Below are positions 11,330 through 20,840 of a DNA stretch of 22,372 nucleotides, piece after piece (positions within the stretch are counted from its first letter, which is position 1; every line of letters begins with the position of its first letter). The notes below the pieces were generated by a model. It was not told where the DNA came from, searched no databases, and saw only the letters and a program-made list of their open reading frames with translations. The stretch comes from Octopus sinensis (lineage: Eukaryota): the NCBI RefSeq assembly GCF_006345805.1, contig NW_021824041.1:1-22372 (forward strand), in the 5' to 3' direction. A program made the position numbers and the translations under genes.

Positions 11330-14250
11330 GGGTTAGGGTCAGGTTTAGGGTTAGGTTTTAGTGTTACGTTTTAGGGTTAGTGCTCGGTTTCAGGGTTAGG
11401 TTTAGAGTTGTTTTAGGGTTAGGTTTGTGTTTTAGGGTTAGATTTTAAGGTTGGGTTTTAGGGTTAGAGTTAGGGTTTAGGATTTAGGTTAGGTTTTAGG
11501 ACTAGGTTTTAGGGTTAGGTTTCAGGGTTAGGTTTTCGGGTTGGGTAGGGTTTAGCGTTTAAGGTTTGTTTACCGTTAAGTTTTAGTGTTAGGTTTTAGG
11601 GTTCGGGTTCGGGTTTTGGGTCATGTTTAGGGTTAGGTTTTAGGGTAAGGGGTTAGGTTTTTGGGTTAGGTTTTAGGGTTAGTGTTCGCTTTTAAGGTTA
11701 GGTTTAGGTTTAGGTTCAGGGTTAGGTTTTAGGGTTAGTGTTCGTTTTTAGGGTTAGGTTTAGGGTTAGGTTTTAGGGTAAAGGTTAGGTTTTAGGGTTA
11801 GTTTCTAGGTTTAGGTTTAGGGTTAGGGTGAGGGTCAGGTTTAGGTTTTAGTGTTAGGGTTAGGTTTTTGGATTTGGTTTTAGAGTTAGGTTTTAGTGTT
11901 AGGGTTTAGGATTTAGGGCTAGGTTTTAGGGTTAGGTTTTAGGGTCAGTGTTAGGCTTTAGGATTAGGTTTTAGGGTCAGGTTTTAGGGTTAGGTTTTAG
12001 GGCTACGGTTAGGTGTTAGGGTTAGGTTTTAGGGTTTGGTTTTAGGGTTAGGGTTAGGGTTAGGGTTAGGTTTTAAGGTTAGTGTTAGTTTTAGGGTTTG
12101 GTTTTAGGGTTAGGTTTTGGGGTTTAGTTTTAGGGTTAGGTTTTAGGGTTTGGTTTTAAGGGTTAGGTTTTAGGGTTAGGTTGGGTTTTAGGGTTAGGAT
12201 TAGGTTTTAGGGTTAGGGTTAGGGTTAGGTTTTAGGGTTAGGTTTTAGGGCTAGGGTTAGGTGTTAGGGTTAGGTTTTAGGGTTAGGTTTTAGTGTTAGG
12301 GTTGGGTTAGGTTTAGGGTTAGGGTTAGGGTTAGGTTTTAGGGTTAGTGTTAGTTTTAGGGTTTGGTTTTAGGGTTAGGTTTTTGTGTTTAGTTTTAGGT
12401 TAGGTTTTAGGGTTGGTTTTAGGGTTAGGTTTTACGGTTAGGGTTAGGGTTACGGTTACGGTTTGGTTCTAGAATTAGGTCTTAGGTTTAGGTTTTAGGG
12501 TTAGGTTTTAGGTTCAGGGTTAGAGGTCAGGGTTACGTTTTAGGGTTAAGGTTTAGGATTTAGGGTCAGGTTTTAAGGTTAGGTTGTAGGGCTAGGTTTT
12601 AGGGTTAGGTTTTTGGGTTAGGGTTTTGGCTTTAGGGTTAGGTTTTAGGGTTAGCTTTCAGGGTTAAGGGTTAGGTTTTAGGGTTAGGTTTTAGGGTTGG
12701 TTTTAGGGTTAGGTTTTAGGGTTATGTTTTACGGTTAGGGTTAGGTTTTACGGTTAGGGTTAGTGTTAGGTTTTAGAATTAGGTTTTAGGGTTTGTGTTA
12801 GGGTTAGGTTTTAGGGTTAGGGTCAGGTTTAGGGTTAGATTTTACTGTTACGTTTTAGGGTTAGTGCTCGGTTTCAGGGTTAGGTTTAGAGTTGTTTTAG
12901 GGTTAGGTTTGGGTTTTAGGGTTAGATTTTAAGGTTAGGTTTTAGGGTTAGGGTTAGGGTTTAGGATTTAGGTTAGGTTTTAGGACTAGGTTTTAGGGTT
13001 AGGTTTCAGGGTTAGGTTTTAGGGTTGGGTAGGGTTTAGGATTTAGCGTTTAATGTTTAGGGTTTGTTTACCGTTAAGTTTTAGTGTTAGGTTTTAGGGT
13101 TCGGGTTCGGTTTTTGGGTCATGTTTAGGGTTAGGTTTTAGGGTAAGGGGTTAGAGTAAGGTTTTAGGGTTAGGTTTTTGGGTTAGGTTTTAGGGTTAGT
13201 GTTCGCTTTTAGGGTTAGGTTTAGGTTTAGGTTCAGGGTTAGGTTTTAGGGTTAGTGTTCGTTTTTAGGGTTAGGTTTAGGGTTAGGTTTTAGGGTAAAG
13301 GTTAGGTTTTAGGGTTAGTTTCTAGGTTTAGGTTTTAGGGTTAGGGTTAGGGTTCGGTTTTAGGGTTAGGGTGAGGGTCAGGTTTAGGTTTTAGTGTTAG
13401 GTTTTTGGATTTGGTTTTAGAGTTAGGTTTTAGTGTTAGGGTTTAGGATTTAGGGCTAGGTTTTAGGGTTAGGTTTTAGGGTTAGTGTTAGGCTTTAGGA
13501 TTAGGTTTTAGGGTCAGGTTTTAGGGTTAGGTTTTAGGGCTAGGGTTAGGTGTTAGGGTTAGGTTTTAGGGTTTGGTTTTAGGTTAGGGTTAGGGTTAGG
13601 TTTTAAGGTTAGTGTTAGTTTTAGGGTTTGGTTTTAGGGTTAGGTTTTGGGGTTTAGTTTTAGGGTTTGGTTTTAAGGGTTAGGTTTTAGGGTTAGGTTG
13701 GGTTTTAGGGTTAGGATTAGGTTTTAGGGTTAGGGTTAGGTTTTAGGGTTAGGTTTTAGGGCTAGGGTTAGGTGTTAGGGTTAGGTTTTAGGGTTAGGTT
13801 TTAGTGTTAGGGTCGGGTTAGGTTTAGGGTTAGGGTTAGGGTTAGGTTTTAGGGTTAGTAGTTTTAGGGTTAGTAGTTTTAGGGTTTGGTTTTAGGGTTA
13901 GGTTTTTGTGTTTAGTTTTAGGTTAGGTTTTAGGGTTGGTTTTAGGGTTAGGTTTTAGGGTTAGGTTTTACGGTTAGGGTTAGGGTTACGGTTACGGTTT
14001 GGTTCTAGAATTAGGTTTTAGGTTTAGGTTTTAGGGTTAGGTTTTAGGTTCAGGGTTAGGTCAGGGTTACGTTTTAAGGTTAAGGTTTAGGATTTAGGAT
14101 TAGGTTTTAAGGTTAGGTTGTAGGGCTAGGTTTTACGGTTAGGTTTTTGGGTTAGGGTTTTGGCTTTAGGGTTAGGTTTTAGAGTTAGCTTTCAGGGTTA
14201 CGTTTTTGGATTAGATTTTTGGTTGGTTTTAGGTTTAGGTTTCAGGGCTA
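11330..14250 (+). repeat. ~1.5 kb tandem duplication (about 11330-12700 versus about 12810-14200)
   Basis: Paired landmarks: GCTCG 11382/12866, ACCG 11572/13070, GTGAG 11828/13371, TCTAGA 12468/14004. Offsets are 1484-1543. Confidence 0.85.
12042..12065 (+). repeat. (TTAGGG)4 perfect canonical telomeric run
   Basis: Four consecutive TTAGGG read directly. Confidence 0.9.
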
Positions 14251-16724
14251 GGTTTTAGGGTTAGGGTTTACAGTTAGGGTTGAGGGTTACGGTTAGTTTT
14301 TAGAATTCGGTTTTAGGGTTGGGTTTTAGGGTTAGCGTTATATTTAGGGTACGGTTTTAGGGTTTGGTTAGGTTATAGGGTTTGTTTTTTAGGTTTGGTT
14401 TTAGGCTGAGATTTTAGGTTTAGGTTTTAGGGTTTGGGTTAGTGATTAGGGGTTAGGGTTAGGGTTTAAGATTTAGGGTTAATGTTTAGCGTTAGGTTTT
14501 AGGGTTGGGTTTTAGGGTTAGGATTGGGGTTAGGGTCAGTGATTAGGGTTTATGGGTTTGGGTTAGCGTTATGTTTTAGGGTTTTTTTAGGGTTAGGTTT
14601 TAGGGGTTGGGGTTAGGGGTCTGGGTTTAGGGTTTAGGGTTAGCTTTTAGGGTTAGGTTTTAGTGTTAGGTTTCAGTGTTAGGTTTTAGCGTTACGTTTT
14701 AGGGTTAGGGTTAGGTTTTAAGGTAAGGTTTTAGGGTTAGGTTTCAGGGTTGGTTGTTAGGGTTTGGTTTTAGGGTTAGGGTTTAGGTTTAGGTTTCAGG
14801 GTGAGGTTTTAGGGTTAGGTTTCAGGGTGAGGTTTTAGGGTTAGGTTTCAGGGTTAGGGTTTAGATTTTAGGGTTAGGTTTTAGGGTTAGGTTTCAGGAT
14901 TAGGTTTTAGGATTAGGTTTTAGGGTTGGTTTTGGGGTTAGGTTTATAGGGATAGGTTTTACGGTTAGGGTGTACGGTTAGGGCCAGCTGAGTGTTACGG
15001 TTAGATTTAAGAAATCGGTTTTAGGGTTGGGTTTTAGTTTTAGGGTAATGTTAAGAGTTAGGTTTTACGGTTAGGGTTTGGTTTTAGGGTTTGGTTTTAG
15101 GGTTAGTGTTTAGGATTCAGGGTTAGGCTTTAGGGTTAGGTTTTAGGGCCAGGTTTCAGTGTTAGTGTTTAGGGTTAGGTTTTAGGGTGAGGGTTAGGGT
15201 TTAGGGTTAGAGGTTAGGTTTTAGGGTCTAAGGTTTAGGCTATGTTTAGCATCAGGTTTTAGGGTAAGGTTTTACGGTTAGAGTAAGGTTTTAGGGTTAG
15301 GTTTAGGGTAAGGGTTAGGTTTTAGGGTTAGGTTTAGGGTTAGGTTTTAGGGTTAGGTTTTAGCGTAAGGTTCTAGGTTTAGGTTTCAGGGTTAGGTTTT
15401 AGTGTCAGGTTTTAGGTTTTAGGGTTGGTTTAAGGGTTGTTTTAGGGTTAGGGTTGGGTTATAGGGTTGGGGTTAGGTTTTAGGGCTAGGTTTTGGGGTT
15501 AGTGTTAGGGTTGTTTTAGATTTACGGTTAGGTTTTAGGGCTAGGTTTAGGGTTAGGGTTAGGGTTAGGTTTCAGGGGTAGGTTTTAGGTTTGGGTTTTA
15601 GGGTTAAGTTTTAGGGTTAGGTTGTAGAGTTACTGTTAGGGTTAGGTTTTAGGGTTAGGGTCAGGTTTAGGGTTAGGTTTTTAATGTTAGGTTTTAGGGT
15701 TAGGGCTCGGTTTCAGGGTTAGGTTTAGAGTAGTTTTAGGGTTAGGTTTTAAGGTTAGGTTTAGGTTAGATTTTAAGGTTAGGTTTTAGGGTTCGGGGTT
15801 AGGGTTAGGGTTTAGGATTTAGGTTAGGTTTTAGGGCTAGGTTTTAGGGTCAGGTTTTAGGGTTAGGTTTTAGGTTTGGGTTAGGGTTTAGGGGTTTGGG
15901 TTTAGCGTTTAAGGTTTAGGGCTTATGTTTACCGTTAAGTTTTAGTGTTAGGTTTTAGGGTTCGGGTTCGATTTTTGGGTCATGTTTAGGGTTAGGTTTT
16001 AGGGTAAGGGGTTAGAGTAAGGTTTTTGGGTTAGGTTTTTGGGTTAGGTTTTAGGGTTAGTGTTCGCTTTTAGGGTTAGGTTTAGGGTTAGGTTTTAGGG
16101 TTAGTGTTCGTTTTTAGGGTTAGGTTTAGGTTTAGGTTTTAGGTTAGTTTCTAGGTTTAGGTTTTAGGGTTAGGGGTCGGTTTTACGGTTAGGGTGAGTG
16201 TCAGGTTTAGGTTTTAGGGTTAGGATTAGGGTTAGGGTTAGGGTTAGGTTTTAGGATTTGGTTTTAGGGCTAGGTTTTAGTGTTAGGGTTGGGTTAGGTT
16301 TAGGGTTAGGGTTAGGTTTTAGGGTTTGGTTTTAGGGTTAGGTTTTTGTTTTTAGTTTTAGGTTAGGTTTTAGGGTTGGTTTTAGGGTTAGGTTTTACGG
16401 TTATGGTTAGGGTTACGGTTTGGTTCTAGAATTAGGTTTTAGGTTTAGGTTTTAGGGTTAGGTTTTAGGTTCAGGGTTAGAGGTTAGGGTTACGTTTTAG
16501 GGTTAAGGTTTAGGATTTAGGGTCAGGTTTTAAGGTTAGGTTTTAGGGCTAGGTTTTAGGGTTAGGTTTTTGGGTTAGGGTTTGGCTTTAGGGTTAGGTT
16601 TTAGGGTTAGCTTTCAGGGTTACGTTTTTGGATTAGATTTTTGGTTGGTTTTAGGTTTAGGTTTCAGGGCTAGGTTTTAGGGTTAGGGTTTACAGTTAGG
16701 GTTGAGGGTTACGGTTAGGTTTTA

Positions 16725-18852
16725 GAATTCGGTTTTAGGGTTGGGTTTTAGGGTTAGGGTTAAGTTTAGGGTACGGTTTTAGGGTTTTGGTTAGGTTATA
16801 GGGTTTGTTTTTTGGTTTGGTTTTAGGCTTAGATTTTCGATTTAGGTTTTAGGGTTTGGGTTAGTGATTAGGGGTTAGGGTTAGGGTTTAAGATTTAGGT
16901 TTAATGTTTAGCGTTAGGTTTTAGGGTTAGGATTGGGGTTAGGGTCAGTGATTAGGGTTTATGGGTTTGGGTTAGCGTTGTTTTAGGGTTGTTTTAGGGT
17001 TAGGTTTTAGGGGTTGGGGTTAGGGGTCTGGGTTTAGGGTTTAGGGTTAGCGTTAGGTTTTAGGGTTAGGTTTTAGGGTTAGGTTTTAGTGTTAGGTTTT
17101 AGGGTTACGTTTTAGGGTTAGCTTTTGGGTTCAGGGTTAGGTTTTAGGCTTGTTTTAAGGTCAGTGTTAAGGTTAGGTTTTATGGTTAGGTTTTAGGGTT
17201 AGGGTTAGGTTTTAAGGTTAGGTTTTATGGTTAGGTTTTAGTGTTAGGTTTAGGATTTAGGGTTAAGTTTTAGGGTTAGGGTTAGTGTTAGGTTTTAGGG
17301 TTAGGTTCTAGGATTAGGTTTTAAGGTTGGTTTTAGGGTTAGGTTTTACGGTTAAGGTCAGTGTTACGGTTAGGTTTTAGAATTGGGTTTTAGGGTTAGG
17401 TTTTAAGTTTAGGGTTCGTTTTAGGGTTAGGTTTTAGGGTTTGGGTTCGGTTTTAAGGTTAGGGTTCAGGATGTAGGGTTAGGTTTTAATGTTAGGTTTT
17501 AGGGCTAGGTTTTAGGGTTAGGTGTTAGGGTTTTGGGTTAGGTTTTAGGGTTAGGGTTCATTACTTAGGGTTTGGTTTTATGGTTAGGTTTTAGGGCTTG
17601 GTTTTAGGGTTGTTTTAGGGTTAGGGTTAGGCTTTAGGGCTTGGTTTTAGGGTTAGGTTTCAGGATTAGGTTTTAGGATTAGGTTTTGGGTTGGTTTTGG
17701 GGTTAGGTTTTAGGGCTAGGTTTTAGGGTTAGGGTGTACGGTTAGGGTCAGCTGAGGGTTACGGTTAGATTTTAGAATTCGGTTTTAGGGTTGGGTTTTA
17801 GGGTTAGGGTTAAGTTTAGGGTACGGTTTTAGGGTTTTGGTTAGGTTATAGGGTTTGTTTTTTGGTTTGGTTTTAGGCTTAGATTTTCGATTTAGGTTTT
17901 AGGGTTGGGTTAGTGATTAGGGTTAGGGTTTTTAGGTTTAAGATTTAGGTTTAATTTTTAGCGTTAGTTTTTAGGGTTAGGATGGGGTTAGGGTCAGTGA
18001 TTAGGGTTTATGGGTTTGGGTTAGCGTTGTTTTAAAGGGTTGTTAAGGTTAGGTTTTAGGGGTTGGGGGTTACGTGGTCTGGGTTTAGGGTTAGGGTTAG
18101 CGTTAGGTTTTAGGGTTAGGTTTTAGGAGTTAGGTTTTAGTGTTAGTTTTTAGGGTTACGTTTTAGGGTTAGCTTTTGGGTTCAGGGTTAGGTTTTAGGG
18201 TTAGGTTTTAGGCTTGTTTTAAGGTCAGTGTTAAGGTTAGTTTTTAGGGTTAGGTTTTAGGGTTAGGGTTAGGTTTTAAAGTTAGGTTTTATGGTTAGGT
18301 GTTTTAAGTGTTAGTTTTAGGATTTAGGGTTAAGATTTAGGGTTAGGGTTATTGTTAGGTGTTTAGGGTTAGGTTCTAGGATTAGGTTTTAAGGTTGGTT
18401 TTAGGTTAGGTTTTACGGTTAAGGTCAGTGTTACGGTTAGGTTTTAGAATTGGTTTTTAGGGTTAGGTTTTAGAAGTTTCGAGGGTTCGTTTTAGGTTAG
18501 GTTTTAGGGTTTTGGGTTCGGTTTTAAGGTTAGGGTTCAGGATGTAGGGTTAGGTTTTAATGTTAGGTTTTTAGGGCTAGGTTTTAGGGTTAGGTGTTAG
18601 GGTTTTGGGTTAGGTTTTAGGTTAGGGTTCATTACTTCGGGTTTGGTTTTATGGTTAGGTTTTAGAGGCTTGGTTTTAGGGTTGTTTTAGGGTTAGGGTT
18701 AGGCTTTAGGGCTTGGTTTTAGGGTTAGGTTTCAGGATTAGGTTTTAGGATTAGGTTTTGGGTTGGTTTTGGGGTTAGGTTTTAGGGCTAGGTTTTAGGG
18801 TTAGGGTGTACGGTTAGGGTCAGCTGAGGGTTACGGTTAGATTTTAGAATTC
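16725..18852 (+). repeat. ~1.07 kb near-identical tandem duplication
   Basis: GAATTC at 16725, 17775 and 18847; CAGTGA 16946/17995; CAGGATG 17467/18538; CATTAC 17559/18630 (seen only in these two copies); CAGCTG 17749/18821. Offsets are 1049-1072. Confidence 0.9.
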
Positions 18853-19509
18853 GGTTTTAGGGTTGGGTTTTAGGGTTAGGGTAATGTTAAGAGTTAGGTT
18901 TTACGGTTAGGGTTTGGTTTTAGTGTTTGGTTTTAGGGTTAGTGTTTAGGATTCAGGGTTAGGCTTTAGGGTCAGGTTTTAGGGCCTGGTTTCAGTGTTA
19001 GTGTTTAGGTTTAGGGTTAGAGGTTAGGTTTTAGTGTCTAAGGTTTAGGCTACGTTTAGCATCAGGTTTTAGCGTAAGGTTTTACGGTTAGAGTAAGGTT
19101 TTAGGGTTAGATTTAGGGTAAGGGTTAGGTTTTAGGGTTAGGTTTAGGGTTAGTTTTTAGGGTTAGGTTTTTGGGTTAGGGTTCTATTTTAGGGTTAGGT
19201 TTAGGGTTAGGTTTTTAGAGTTAGGTTTTAGGGTAAGGTTCTAGGGTTAGGGTTAGTTTTTAGGGTTAGGTTCTAGGTTTAGGTTTCAGGGTTAGGTTTT
19301 AGTGTCAGGTTTTAGGTTTTAGGGTTGTTTTAGGGTTAGGGTTAGGTTATAGGGTTGGGGTTAGTTTTCAGGGTTAGGTTTAACGGCTAGGTTTTAGGGT
19401 TAGTGTTAGGGTTGTTTTAGATTTAGCGTTAGGTTTTAGGGCTAGGTTTAGGGTTAGGGTTAGGTTTTAGGTTTAGGGTTAGGTTTCAGGGGTAGGTTTT
19501 AGGTTTAAG

Positions 19510-19574
19510 TTTTAGGGTTAGGTTTTAGGGTTAGGTTTTAGGGTTAGGTTTTAGGGTTAGGTTTTAGGGTTAGG
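19510..19574 (+). repeat. Five perfect copies of TTTTAGGGTTAGG
   Basis: Counted directly. Confidence 0.9.
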
Positions 19575-20762
19575 TTTTACGGTTAGGGTTAGGGTTAGGT
19601 TTTAGAATTAGGTTTTAGGGTTAGTGTTAGGGTTAGGTTTTAGGGTTAGGGTCAGGTTTATGGTTAGGTTTTAGTGTTACGTTTTAGGGTTAGGGCTCGG
19701 TTTCAGGGTTAGGTTTAGAGTTGTTTTAGGGTTAGGTTTTAGGGTTAGGTTTGTGTTTTAGGGTTAGATTTTAAGGTTAGGTTTTAGGGTTAGGGTTAGG
19801 GGTTATGGTTAGGGTTTAGGATTTAGGTTAGGTTTTAGGACTAGGTTTTAGGGTTAGGTTTTAGGGTTAGGTTTTAGGGTTGGGTAGGGTTTAGGGTTTA
19901 GCGTTTAAGGTTTAGGGTTTGTTTACCGTTAAGTTTTAGCGTTAGGTTTTAGGGTTCGGGTTCGGTTTTTGGTCGTTTAGGGTTGGGTTTTAGGGTAAGG
20001 GGTTAGAGTAAGGTTTTAGGGTTAGGGTTAGGGTTCGGTTTTAGGGTTAGGGTGTACGGTTAGGGTCAGCTGAGGGTTACGGTTAGATTTTAGAATTCGG
20101 TTTTAGGGTTGGGTTTTAGGGTTAGGGTAATGTTAAGAGTTAGGTTTTACGGTTAGGGTTTGGTTTTAGTGTTTGGTTTTAGGGTTAGTGTTTAGGATTC
20201 AGGGTTAGGCTTTAGGGTCAGGTTTTAGGGCCTGGTTTCAGTGTTAGTGTTTAGGTTTAGGGTTAGAGGTTAGGTTTTAGTGTCTAAGGTTTAGGCTACG
20301 TTTAGCATCAGGTTTTAGCGTAAGGTTTTACGGTTAAGAGTAAGGTTTTTTAATTTGGGTTAGATTTAGGGTAAGGGTTAGGTTTTAGGGTTAGGTTTAG
20401 GGTTAGTTTTTAGGGTTAGGTTTTTGGGTTAGGGTTCTATTTTAGGGTTAGGTTTAGGGTTAGGTTTTTAGAGTTAGGTTTTAGGGTAAGGTTCTAGGGT
20501 TAGGGTTAGTTTTTAGGGTTAGGTTCTAGGTTTAGGTTTCAGGGTTAGGTTTTAGTGTCAGGTTTTAGGTTTTAGGGTTGTTTTAGGGTTAGGGTTAGGT
20601 TATAGGGTTGGGGTTAGGTTTCAGGGTTAGGTTTAAGGGCTAGGTTTTAGGGTTAGTGTTAGGGTTGTTTTAGATTTAGGGTTAGGTTTTAGGGCTAGGT
20701 TTAGGGTTAGGGTTAGGTTTTAGGGTTAGGGTTAGGTTTCAGGGGTAGGTTTTAGGTTTAAG

Positions 20763-20840
20763 TTTTAGGGTTAGGTTTTAGGGTTAGGTTTTAGGGTTAG
20801 GTTTTAGGGTTAGGTTTTAGGGTTAGGTTTTAGGGTTAGG
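20763..20840 (+). repeat. Six perfect copies of TTTTAGGGTTAGG
   Basis: Counted directly. Confidence 0.9.

Noticed and set aside
10492-20098. Palindromic hexamers CAGCTG (E-box-like), GAATTC and TCTAGA as regulatory or engineered sites
   Set aside because: They are point variants of the repeat propagated by duplication, and some copies are mutated (about 15010 and 22210). They are useful only as landmarks.
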